Origin: a virus
IMG/VR virus record: IMGVR_UViG_3300027708_000019
Reading direction: 5' to 3' (one strand)
Length of the DNA: 64,000 bases
Of the stretch, positions 19,790 through 27,646 are shown piece after piece (the first letter of the stretch is position 1; the number at the start of each line of letters is the position of its first letter). Below the pieces are notes generated by a model, which saw nothing but the letters and a program-made list of their open reading frames with translations, was not told the DNA's origin and ran no database searches. The translations under genes were made by a program, and so were the position numbers.

Positions 19790-20023
19790 AAATTTTTTAC
19801 GAATAGCAGCTGGTGCCTGCGTTCCCATAATCCTGTCTACCTCAACACCATCTTTCATCAAGACCAATGTTGGTACACTACGAACTTTAAATTGATTTGC
19901 CATATCTGAATTCTCATCAATATCAACTTCTTCAACCTCAACTCCGAGTGGATCTTTCTCTAACATTTTAGATAAAGACTTACATGGTTGACACCAACTA
20001 GCACTAAACTTAATTACTTTCAT
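19775..20023 (-). CDS. trx: Thioredoxin
   Basis: MKVIKFSASWCQPC...VRSVPT; AGGAG RBS; stop lies inside tRNA-Ile2. Confidence 0.92.
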   Translation of the reverse strand: MKVIKFSASWCQPCKSLSKMLEKDPLGVEVEEVDIDENSDMANQFKVRSVPTLVLMKDGVEVDRIMGTQAPAAIRKKFGLVA

Positions 20024-20040
20024 GTTTTCTCCTGTTAAAT

Positions 20041-20115
20041 TGGCCTCGCCAGCAGGAATCGAACCCACATTATAGGTGTAGAAGACCCATGTATTATCCG
20101 TTATACGATGGCGAG
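20041..20115 (-). tRNA. tRNA-Arg(TCT)
   Basis: Loop CTTCTAC, TTCGATT T-loop, CCA. Confidence 0.88.
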
Positions 20116-20122
20116 AAAAAAT

Positions 20123-20212
20123 TGGCGGTGAGTCAGGGAGTCGAACCCTGTCAGCTACTTTCATAACTGTACGGATTAGCAATCCGCTGCATTACCATCC
20201 TGCCCACTCACC
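20123..20212 (-). tRNA. tRNA-Ser(GCT)
   Basis: Long variable arm, G73-CCA. Confidence 0.95.
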
Positions 20213-20348
20213 TTGTTACTTTACGTAGCAACTTATACCAGTAATATTTAAACCCTCTCCAAGTTGGGAGAAAATTCATGTCCCAGAAAAACCCAACTTC
20301 TTTGGGCACATTTCCGTACGCTTTTTGTAATGTTTCGTCTGACTTCAT
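20208..20348 (-). CDS. Small hypothetical protein (46 aa)
   Basis: MKSDETLQKAYGNVPKEVGFFWDMNFLPTWRGFKYYWYKLLRKVTR; ATGA-coupled to upstream gene. Confidence 0.6.
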   Translation of the reverse strand: MKSDETLQKAYGNVPKEVGFFWDMNFLPTWRGFKYYWYKLLRKVTR

Positions 20349-20932
20349 GTTGGTCCATTCCCATTTTTAAATCCAATCGTTCCACCTTCTTCTTTGATTC
20401 TGTCAATGACTTCTTCAAAAAGAATAGGACGAAAGTCAGTTTGTTCTACGCAAACGCAATGGTAACGTGTGTCAACAATGTCAGTAATTTTGCCACCAAA
20501 TCCAGGTAACATAACTCTATTGCTATGAGTATGTCCATGAATGTTGACACCAAACCTACCAAGACTTTCAGGATGAAGCGGAATATGTGAAAGAATCATT
20601 CCATTCATCACATGATATGCACGCAGTTCACGAAAGTGTTGACGATATTCTTCATCTCTAAAGATATCATGGTTACCACGAATCAGAACCTTATCGCCAT
20701 TCAGTCTACGCATGATTCCCAGTGCTTTCCTGTTAATCACTACGTCACCAAGATGATAAACTTTGTCTGTTGGTTTGACAGTTTCGTTCCATGCTTTTAC
20801 CATGGCTTCATCCATTTCCTCAGGATTATCCCAAGGACGAAGTTTTGTAACACCATCATTGCGAGTAAACTTACAAACACCCATGTGTCCGAAGTGAGTA
20901 TCGCTGACTAAAAATACGCTTGGCATAATCAC
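20345..20932 (-). CDS. Calcineurin-like metallophosphoesterase
   Basis: SDTHFGH, HLGD, GNHD, HGHTH motifs. Confidence 0.92.
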   Translation of the reverse strand: MIMPSVFLVSDTHFGHMGVCKFTRNDGVTKLRPWDNPEEMDEAMVKAWNETVKPTDKVYHLGDVVINRKALGIMRRLNGDKVLIRGNHDIFRDEEYRQHFRELRAYHVMNGMILSHIPLHPESLGRFGVNIHGHTHSNRVMLPGFGGKITDIVDTRYHCVCVEQTDFRPILFEEVIDRIKEEGGTIGFKNGNGPT

Positions 20933-21357
20933 TCCTCCTTGTAAGTTAGTCCAAGAACCTGCATCAATTTTTTCTTCACACGAAGATTTGGTTGACGATA
21001 ATTATCAGTTGGTGTAAATCCCATCATGGTCGCAACTTCAACAACTGCCCCACTGCGACAAATACCAGCAAAACAATGAACGACTACATTCATACGCTGA
21101 TCAAGTGCGCGATTCAACAGAGCAATAATATTTTCTGCTTGCTCATCCTGAAATTTACACTCATCAGGAAAATCATCCTCATCCTCAGCATCAAGAAATT
21201 CAAATTCATGAACCTCTTTGAAGTTGTGTTTGGGGTTTGGCTTCCAACCAGCAGGATCGGTAATGCTAATAAGCATAGCATTCGGTCCAGCATCGTAGTG
21301 AAATCCAGTGTTTACATCAGAAGCTGCTACGTTTTCGATAAATCTAATTGTTTCCAT
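20929..21357 (-). CDS. Protein-tyrosine/dual-specificity phosphatase-like
   Basis: HCFAGICRS (CX5R). Confidence 0.88.
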   Translation of the reverse strand: METIRFIENVAASDVNTGFHYDAGPNAMLISITDPAGWKPNPKHNFKEVHEFEFLDAEDEDDFPDECKFQDEQAENIIALLNRALDQRMNVVVHCFAGICRSGAVVEVATMMGFTPTDNYRQPNLRVKKKLMQVLGLTYKEE

Positions 21358-21363
21358 ACCTAT

Positions 21364-21392
21364 ATTATACCTGATTATTGCTTAAAAGTCAA
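21364..21392 (-). promoter_or_regulatory. Sigma70-type promoter, leaderless
   Basis: TTGACT-17-TATAAT, ATG 6 nt downstream. Confidence 0.85.
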
Positions 21393-21412
21393 TACCCCTG
21401 GAAACTCTTATC

Positions 21413-21488
21413 TGGAGCGGGAGACGAGACTCGAACTCGCGACATCTTGCTTGGCAAGCAAGTGCTCTACCAACTGAGCTACTCCCGC
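21413..21488 (-). tRNA. tRNA-Gly(GCC)
   Basis: Canonical cloverleaf, CCA. Confidence 0.97.
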
Positions 21489-21491
21489 ATT

Positions 21492-21567
21492 TGGCACCCC
21501 CTGATGGACTCGAACCACCGCATGTCGGAATCAAAATCCGATGCCTTACCAACTTGGCGAAGAGGGT
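21492..21567 (-). tRNA. tRNA-Gln(TTG)
   Basis: Cloverleaf, CCA. Confidence 0.95.
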
Positions 21568-21575
21568 ATAATAAA

Positions 21576-21651
21576 TTTGTGGCAGGTGAGGTATCTAGTC
21601 ATTGTCTAGACAACGACTTGCCCATTCTCCTTTTACTTTCCTTACCACAAA
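21576..21651 (-). ncRNA. Unknown structured ncRNA between tRNA-Trp and tRNA-Gln
   Basis: Closing stem TTTGTGGT/GCCACAAA plus inner hairpin AGTCGTTGT-CTAG-ACAATGACT. Confidence 0.55.
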
Positions 21652-21653
21652 AC

Positions 21654-21727
21654 TGGCATCCCGATAGGGACTCGAACCCCAACCAACAGTTTTGGAGACT
21701 GCTATGCTGCCATTACACCATCGAGAT
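21654..21727 (-). tRNA. tRNA-Trp(CCA)
   Basis: Loop CTCCAAA, CCA. Confidence 0.95.
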
Positions 21728-21731
21728 ATTT

Positions 21732-21998
21732 TTACTTTTCTATAACAGCGACAACATGTTCTTCAGTAAGAATAACACGTTGAGCACCTTCAAGAACAAC
21801 AATCTGTGACTTGCCCCAATCAATGAGAACAACATCACCAACATTAACAAGTGTTACTTCTGGACCAACAGCCAACACAGTCGCAGTTTTAGATTCGCGA
21901 GTTGAGTCAGCACCTTCAAGGATAATTCCTGATGCAGTTTTTGTTTCTGCTTTATTCTCTGCAACAAGAACACGTTTTCCTAATGGTTTTGCAATCAT
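21732..21998 (-). CDS. groES: GroES-like co-chaperonin
   Basis: KPLGKRVLV...KTASGIIL...VLAVGP.V..V.VGD.V. Confidence 0.9.
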   Translation of the reverse strand: MIAKPLGKRVLVAENKAETKTASGIILEGADSTRESKTATVLAVGPEVTLVNVGDVVLIDWGKSQIVVLEGAQRVILTEEHVVAVIEK

Positions 21999-22070
21999 AA
22001 TAATCCTCTGTTATTTTAAATTAGTGACATACTACTTATCCTTTTATACTCCGTATGTCAGGGAGAGGTT

Positions 22071-22159
22071 TGGCGGAAGAACTGAGATTCGAACTCAGGG
22101 ACCTTGTTACAGTCGGCAGTTTTCAAGACTGCTGGTTTAAACCACTCACCCACTCTTCC
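22071..22159 (-). tRNA. tRNA-Ser(TGA)
   Basis: Long variable arm, CCA. Confidence 0.95.
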
Positions 22160-22167
22160 TTAAACTT

Positions 22168-22242
22168 TGGCACCCAATGAGAGAATCAAACTCCCAACCC
22201 AGCGTTCGTAGCACTGTGTGATATTCATTTCACCAATCGGGT
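22168..22242 (-). tRNA. tRNA-Arg(ACG)
   Basis: Loop CTACGAA, CCA; atypical T-loop TTTGATT. Confidence 0.85.
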
Positions 22243-22244
22243 AT

Positions 22245-22319
22245 TGGTACCTCGTGACAGATTCGAACTGCCGACCTTCTCCGTGTAAAAGAGACACTCT
22301 ACCACTGAGTTAACGAGGC
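22245..22319 (-). tRNA. tRNA-Val(TAC)
   Basis: Cloverleaf, CCA. Confidence 0.95.
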
Positions 22320-22320
22320 A

Positions 22321-22596
22321 TTATTCTTCAATGAGCATTAAGATTTCTTTCTCAGAAACCATAACTCTTTTCTTTCCTTCTACATCAATCTCGTGTGCTT
22401 TATGCCAATTCACAATACACACATCACCTATTTTTACAGTCTTAGTATCTGGACCAATGCCAAGTACAGTACAGTGCCAAGTGTTTCCACCAACACCATT
22501 TTCTTGACCAAGATCTAACTCAATACCACTTGCTGTTTTTGTATCTTTCTTGTTCTTAGCAAGATAGACCATATCTTTAATTGGTTTAATTTCCAT
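22321..22596 (-). CDS. Second GroES-like co-chaperonin
   Basis: IKPIKDMV...KTASGI...VLGIGPD...VKIGD...VSEKEIL. Confidence 0.85.
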   Translation of the reverse strand: MEIKPIKDMVYLAKNKKDTKTASGIELDLGQENGVGGNTWHCTVLGIGPDTKTVKIGDVCIVNWHKAHEIDVEGKKRVMVSEKEILMLIEE

Positions 22597-22598
22597 AA

Positions 22599-23300
22599 TT
22601 ATCCTTTAATATAACCTGCTTTAATGTGTTCTTCAAGTGTAAGATATCCGTATTCTTCTGGCTTTGGATAAACATACTGATCATAATGGTCAGAGTTTGT
22701 TCTTCCAACTGGCATACAGTTTGCTCCAATAATCATTCTATATGTGCTTGGCGATGGTAGAGCTACATGATTTGCCCAAGACGGAAATATAATTGCCGTT
22801 CCTGGAACAAATGGAATCTGTTCTTGAATCGAGAAAAACTTTCTCGCACCTTTTTTAATTCTAGGCACAATCTGAAACAGATTAGCATTATGATTCTTAA
22901 AAGCAGTACCATTCGCATTACCATCTATATCAAACAAATACAAAACACCTGCTAGAAAGGTATTGGCATGAACATGTTCATGGTGATTGCCACCTTGCTT
23001 ATGTCTGGTTGCCCACATTGATGTAATACCAATATCTTTTTCATAACCACATTTATCCATCACATCCTCAAAACATGATGTAAAAAATTCTGTAACTTCA
23101 GACAGTTGAGGATGTAATGTTTTATCATTTAAATTACCATCAGTAATTTGTAAACCATTACGTTCTCTTTCAACAAAAAAGTTTTTGTCTTGAGCCAAGT
23201 ACGTTGTCAATTCCTTTTGTTTCTTCTGAAAATCAGGAAACTGATAACGCCAAACTGGTGTCGGAAAGAAATCGTGACGATCTAAAAAATTATTGTTCAT
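22599..23300 (-). CDS. Putative 2OG-Fe(II) oxygenase (HxH type)
   Basis: FPTPVW...SMWA...HHEHVHANTFLAGVLY...IFPSWANH...R. Confidence 0.85.
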   Translation of the reverse strand: MNNNFLDRHDFFPTPVWRYQFPDFQKKQKELTTYLAQDKNFFVERERNGLQITDGNLNDKTLHPQLSEVTEFFTSCFEDVMDKCGYEKDIGITSMWATRHKQGGNHHEHVHANTFLAGVLYLFDIDGNANGTAFKNHNANLFQIVPRIKKGARKFFSIQEQIPFVPGTAIIFPSWANHVALPSPSTYRMIIGANCMPVGRTNSDHYDQYVYPKPEEYGYLTLEEHIKAGYIKG

Positions 23301-23526
23301 CTACTTTCTTACCCCAATCAGACACATTCCAAGCACGTTCATGGAAGAAGTACATAATGCTATTTACGACAAGCGCAAAACTAACAACACCAAGTCCTAC
23401 CATCCAGCTACCACTTGCTAACCAACCACCAATAAAATTGGTAATCGTCACAAGGATACGCCATGTAATAACTTTAGCAAGAGATCGTGGAATACGTTCT
23501 TGAAATTTCGTTTTAAAATTAAACAT
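23290..23526 (-). CDS. DUF2061-like small membrane protein
   Basis: RSLAKVITWRI...YFFHERAW. Confidence 0.85.
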   Translation of the reverse strand: MFNFKTKFQERIPRSLAKVITWRILVTITNFIGGWLASGSWMVGLGVVSFALVVNSIMYFFHERAWNVSDWGKKVDEQ

Positions 23527-23543
23527 AATAATTCTCCAAAATG

Positions 23544-23572
23544 AAAAAAGAGCTGGGGTTTATTCCAACTCT
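23544..23572 (-). terminator. Intrinsic terminator after dctP-like gene
   Basis: GAGTTGG-loop-CCAGCTC-TTTTTT. Confidence 0.7.
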
Positions 23573-23575
23573 TTT

Positions 23576-23604
23576 ATTATACTTTACTTTTGATTATTTG
23601 TAAA
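23576..23604 (-). promoter_or_regulatory. Sigma70-type promoter
   Basis: TTTACA-17-TATAAT. Confidence 0.7.
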
Positions 23605-23610
23605 GTTTTT

Positions 23611-24555
23611 TTATGCTTCCTGTATTCGTTGGACTAATCCAGGACTAAAGTATGTAGAGAATCGAGTATATACTTTGGATGTTAATTCTTTAAATTTCGA
23701 TTTCTCTGTTTCATTCATTCTTACTACTTCAACATTATTATCTGCGCATTGTTGTAAGATGTTTGGTATATCTGCTACCGAAGTTTGTCTTTCTTGTCTA
23801 GCAGCATTAAATGCAGCTGTTGACATAATTTCTTGAGTAGCTTCATCAAACTGACTGAAGAATTGTTTATTGACAATAATTGATGTCAAAAACAAACTAT
23901 GTTCAGTGTCATTAACAACTTCGAATGTTTTATGCTGCTCTAGTGGGAACACACGAACGTATGTTGATTCACCAGCTTCAATAAGACCTTGCTCAACAGC
24001 AGAATGCATTTCTTCTAAAGAGATACGATCTTTTGGCACAGCACCAAGCATTTTAAATGTCTCAACAGCAACTGGGCTGCGAGCCACACGAACTTTTTTA
24101 CCACGCCAAGAATCAACTGTATCAGCACGGAAATTAGCAGGAACAATTCTGAACCCACCTGAATATGTAAAACTCATTGCCTTCGTGTTGGAATTTTTCT
24201 CCACACTTGAAAGCAACTCTGCACCGATTTCGCCTTCTAATACACGATCAGCATGATCATGATCTTTGAATAAGAAAGGTAAATCTAATGCATGTAAATC
24301 TTTGTTGTAGTCAGCCAACCATGTTGTGTAGATATGGCTCATTTCAATTTCGCCAGAATCAATCAACCCCATTAAGTCGTCTTTCATAATGTGTTTGCCA
24401 TCATTGTATTTTTCTGAATAATCAGACAATGATAGAACTTCGCACTGGAAATTACCACCAGTCTTTTCATTTACTTCGGCTACAAATGCCTCAGCTACTT
24501 TTACAAAGTAGTCAATTGGTTCATGGGCAATCACCCAACGAATTGGTTTTGTCAT
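23611..24555 (-). CDS. TRAP transporter solute-binding protein (DctP-like), no signal peptide
   Basis: LDLPFLFKDHDHADRVLEGEIG...GFR...GKKVRV...MLGAVP. Confidence 0.88.
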   Translation of the reverse strand: MTKPIRWVIAHEPIDYFVKVAEAFVAEVNEKTGGNFQCEVLSLSDYSEKYNDGKHIMKDDLMGLIDSGEIEMSHIYTTWLADYNKDLHALDLPFLFKDHDHADRVLEGEIGAELLSSVEKNSNTKAMSFTYSGGFRIVPANFRADTVDSWRGKKVRVARSPVAVETFKMLGAVPKDRISLEEMHSAVEQGLIEAGESTYVRVFPLEQHKTFEVVNDTEHSLFLTSIIVNKQFFSQFDEATQEIMSTAAFNAARQERQTSVADIPNILQQCADNNVEVVRMNETEKSKFKELTSKVYTRFSTYFSPGLVQRIQEA

Positions 24556-24588
24556 TTTATCTCCTGATATAAGGTACTATTACAACCT

Positions 24589-24596
24589 TATTTATA
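24589..24596 (-). promoter_or_regulatory. T4-type late promoter
   Basis: TATAAATA upstream of dctP-like gene. Confidence 0.7.
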
Positions 24597-24599
24597 TGA

Positions 24600-25862
24600 C
24601 TAATTTGGCCAATCTATATCATAACGCTGTAAATGGTATTTAAAATATCGTCTTACAGATAGGTTTTTTCTGTTCAAGATTTGGTAGTTGGAATCAAGTC
24701 CAAGTAAATGACGTCCTCTAACATCTTTTCGAACTTCCCTTGGTTTGCGTTTTGAGTTCAAATTTCCCAAAGATTCCAGCTTGGTTTTGAAATGGAAGTA
24801 CCAGTCGTTCTTGTCTAGATCGTAGATATATTGTCGCTGAGCATATTTGTATGTTGCAAGAGTACTACCAATTTTCTGACCATTGTTATTGTTAGCCATA
24901 CTCCATTGTTGATATTCGCCACCATTATACCAGTTTTCCATTGAGTCAATACATTCGCGAATCGGTATGGTATAATTAAAGTAGATCGCACCACGAACTG
25001 AACAATTTAAATACTTGACATTAAAAATTAACCACCAAAAGAAATCGTGTAAACTATGAATAGGAACAGATCCAGTATTGGCATTATGAACATACTTATG
25101 GTACAACAGCCTACCAAACTCACGACCCTCTGGTGTATTGTTATATGATAGATGTTTGATAATTAAATCTTTATACAAACTATAATGAGCATCAGCAGAA
25201 GATATCTTATTTTTGATTGACAATAAGTTTTGTCTTACCTCAGGACTTAAATCCTGAATGTAGTAATCGTAGTTGTGGTATAATTGTAAACCAATTGATG
25301 TACCAAAAATACAATCACCTTCGTCTGCAGTAATTGGTCTATAACCATCACGAATTAAATCATCATAGAAACATGTATATGAATCAATTACTTTTAATTT
25401 ATTGTGTATAAATTTTTCCCAGAATACTGGATTTTCAGCAATACTATGTATGCTGGCGCAGACAACAACTGATTTTAATTCTTCTTCATTTAAGTTTTTA
25501 ATCAACGAAGCAAGAACCAGTGTACTATCCATACCACCAGAATACATCACAACAAGTTTCTCACCATTATGAATTCTTTGACGCATTTGAAGCGCACGTT
25601 CATCAGTAACTTGTTCATACGATTTTGAGAAGTTTGGATCATATGGTGGCATTTCAAATCCAGGAATCAAAGGTTGTTTCCATGGCAACGACCACTCGCC
25701 ATTGCGTGTGACAAATCTATTTTGCGTTAGACGTTTTGCAATATCAATGTAGAACTTTCCACCTGCGCCACATTCTTCTCTGGTCTCTGCCCAGAAACCT
25801 TGTTGTGGGGTTTGGTCTAGTCGAATGTTATAAAAATAAATTGGGTCGTCTAATGCTATCAT
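24600..25862 (-). CDS. AsnB-synthetase-like PP-loop enzyme, copy 1
   Basis: VMYSGGMDST, ADEGDCIFG, DFFWW. Confidence 0.75.
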   Translation of the reverse strand: MIALDDPIYFYNIRLDQTPQQGFWAETREECGAGGKFYIDIAKRLTQNRFVTRNGEWSLPWKQPLIPGFEMPPYDPNFSKSYEQVTDERALQMRQRIHNGEKLVVMYSGGMDSTLVLASLIKNLNEEELKSVVVCASIHSIAENPVFWEKFIHNKLKVIDSYTCFYDDLIRDGYRPITADEGDCIFGTSIGLQLYHNYDYYIQDLSPEVRQNLLSIKNKISSADAHYSLYKDLIIKHLSYNNTPEGREFGRLLYHKYVHNANTGSVPIHSLHDFFWWLIFNVKYLNCSVRGAIYFNYTIPIRECIDSMENWYNGGEYQQWSMANNNNGQKIGSTLATYKYAQRQYIYDLDKNDWYFHFKTKLESLGNLNSKRKPREVRKDVRGRHLLGLDSNYQILNRKNLSVRRYFKYHLQRYDIDWPN

Positions 25863-26575
25863 AAAATTTTCAGATTTGGAACTTCATCAAGGAATTTATA
25901 ATACTCATTGGCAAGAGTAACAACTTTGTTGTAGTCTTTCTCCCAAACACCTTTGATATTATCACGTGCTTCTTCAACACTGTTTGACATATAAAGTTGT
26001 TTCTTTACTTCTTTAATTACACCATCTTCAAATTTGGTTGCGTCTCTATATAATGTTACACCATTCAACCAGTCATTTGGTAAATATTGTTCAGCAAAAG
26101 TTTTGTTATCAACATAATTGACAATCGTATTAGATAAACTCAAAGCATATACACATCTATTAACATACTCAGCGTATTCTTTCAGCTGAATTAACTTATC
26201 GTATCTACTACCTGTGTCAAATTCTTTTGGTAATCCAACTTCAACAAGTTGTGTTGCGTCGTTTAACACTTTTACTGTAGGAATTTGACTGGTAATTAAA
26301 TCAGCAGCAGCACCACGTTTCTCTGCTGTCTTATTGAACACCATGTAATTTAAACAGTTATCATTGGTCATACCACTAGTAATTTTGGGCAGAACATAAA
26401 CTGTGGTCGCGATCTTTGAAGACAAAAGTTGAGCGGTCTGCAGTGTAATCCAGTAATCATAATCATCAAGCATAAGCCAACGATCAAAAATCTGACAGTA
26501 GATACCATTCGTTCTTCTATTTCCTTCCTCGTCGTAGTACATGTTATCTACGATTTTAATAGTGTTACGTTGCAT
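25859..26575 (-). CDS. Hypothetical partner of PP-loop enzyme, copy 1
   Basis: ATGA-coupled upstream gene. Confidence 0.7.
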   Translation of the reverse strand: MQRNTIKIVDNMYYDEEGNRRTNGIYCQIFDRWLMLDDYDYWITLQTAQLLSSKIATTVYVLPKITSGMTNDNCLNYMVFNKTAEKRGAAADLITSQIPTVKVLNDATQLVEVGLPKEFDTGSRYDKLIQLKEYAEYVNRCVYALSLSNTIVNYVDNKTFAEQYLPNDWLNGVTLYRDATKFEDGVIKEVKKQLYMSNSVEEARDNIKGVWEKDYNKVVTLANEYYKFLDEVPNLKIL

Positions 26576-26588
26576 AATTTATCCTTAA

Positions 26589-26662
26589 TGGTGGAGGATG
26601 AGAGAATCGAACTCTCAATAATGACTTGCAAAGCCATGGTTATCCCATTTAACTAATCCCCC
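26589..26662 (-). tRNA. tRNA-Ala(TGC)
   Basis: G3:U70, CCA. Confidence 0.95.
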
Positions 26663-26665
26663 AAT

Positions 26666-26743
26666 TGGTCTCAGTAGAAGGATTCGAACCTTCGACCCCC
26701 TGCTCCCAAAGCAGGTGCGCTAACCAGACTGCGCTACACTGAG
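26666..26743 (-). tRNA. tRNA-Pro(TGG)
   Basis: Cloverleaf, CCA. Confidence 0.96.
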
Positions 26744-26750
26744 TTAATTT

Positions 26751-26825
26751 TGGTGGTGATGGTTGGATTCGAGCCAACGACCCCCTGCGTATGAAGCAGA
26801 TGCACTACCACTGTGCTACATCACC
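26751..26825 (-). tRNA. tRNA-Met(CAT), elongator (probable)
   Basis: Paired 1:72, loop TTCATAC, CCA. Confidence 0.85.
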
Positions 26826-26832
26826 GAAATTC

Positions 26833-26915
26833 TGGTGCCCCAAGAGAGACTCGAACTCTCACGCTTGCGCACTGGCTTCTAAGACCAGCGTGTCTACCAA
26901 TTCCACCATCGGGGC
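26833..26915 (-). tRNA. tRNA-Leu(TAG)
   Basis: Long variable arm, CCA. Confidence 0.95.
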
Positions 26916-26934
26916 ATACTTCTACTTCAATAAA

Positions 26935-27008
26935 TGGTGCCCCCACACAGAATCGAACTGCGGATTGATGCTTACAAGGCAACTGTTATACCATTTAACT
27001 ATGAGGGC
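26935..27008 (-). tRNA. tRNA-Thr(TGT)
   Basis: Loop CTTGTAA, CCA. Confidence 0.92.
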
Positions 27009-27014
27009 AATAAC

Positions 27015-27089
27015 TGGCTCCAGTGGCTGGGATCGAACCAACGACCAATTGATTAACAGTCAACTGCACTACCGCTGTGCTACACTGGA
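27015..27089 (-). tRNA. tRNA-Asn(GTT)
   Basis: Cloverleaf, G73-CCA. Confidence 0.96.
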
Positions 27090-27097
27090 ATAATGAA

Positions 27098-27313
27098 TTT
27101 GTAAGTTGTGCCACCATCGTTATTGGCACCATTCACCTGTTTATACAAGGGCGACCAGGACTCGGTACGTCACTTGGGATTCATCCAGTTGATACGCCAC
27201 CTGTATACCTCCACCGTAAACGGCGATAAGTCGGAATCGAACCGCAACCTTTTACTAACTTGGTCCTTCGAAGAAACTTCATTAGCATGACTTCACTTGC
27301 TGACACTTACAAA
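27098..27313 (-). ncRNA. Unknown ~215-nt structured ncRNA
   Basis: 9-bp closing stem TTTGTAAGT/ACTTACAAA fills the tRNA spacer; internal T-loop motif CGGTTCGATTCCG; GC-rich relative to genome. Confidence 0.65.
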
Positions 27314-27316
27314 ACT

Positions 27317-27393
27317 TGGTAGCGGAGGTTGGATTCGAACCAACGATTCTTGGCTTATGAGACCAAGCGGATAGACCACTTCCATACACCGCA
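27317..27393 (-). tRNA. tRNA-fMet(CAT)-like initiator
   Basis: 1:72 mismatch (U:U), TGCGG acceptor, loop CTCATAA, CCA. Confidence 0.8.
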
Positions 27394-27435
27394 ACAATTA
27401 TATTATGTATATATCTGTTACATACATAAAACAAC

Positions 27436-27511
27436 TGGTGGGACTGCTGGGACTCGAACCCAGAATTGGCAGATTAAAAGTCTGCTGTGATAACCATTTC
27501 ACTACAATCCC
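27436..27511 (-). tRNA. tRNA-Lys(TTT)
   Basis: Cloverleaf, CCA. Confidence 0.96.
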
Positions 27512-27543
27512 ATTCGCTTTCGAACTTTCGTCTTTCGTTTCAT
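27502..27543 (-). CDS. Putative 13-aa Lys/Arg-rich mini-ORF ending inside tRNA-Lys
   Basis: TAAGGAGAAAGTA-ATG, MKRKTKVRKRMGL*. Confidence 0.45.
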   Translation of the reverse strand: MKRKTKVRKRMGL

Positions 27544-27563
27544 TACTTTCTCCTTAAAAAAAT

Positions 27564-27638
27564 TGGTACCCAAGGGTGGGAACGATCCACCGACCCTCGC
27601 CTTATCAAGACGATGCTCTACCACTGAGCTACTTGGGC
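27564..27638 (-). tRNA. tRNA-Ile(GAT)
   Basis: Loop TTGATAA, CCA; T-loop ATCGTTC. Confidence 0.92.
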
Positions 27639-27646
27639 ATTATTAT

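Noticed and set aside
20024-20182. N-terminal extension of thioredoxin in the ORF track
   Set aside because: It overlaps tRNA-Arg and tRNA-Ser; the real start has an AGGAG RBS at 20023.
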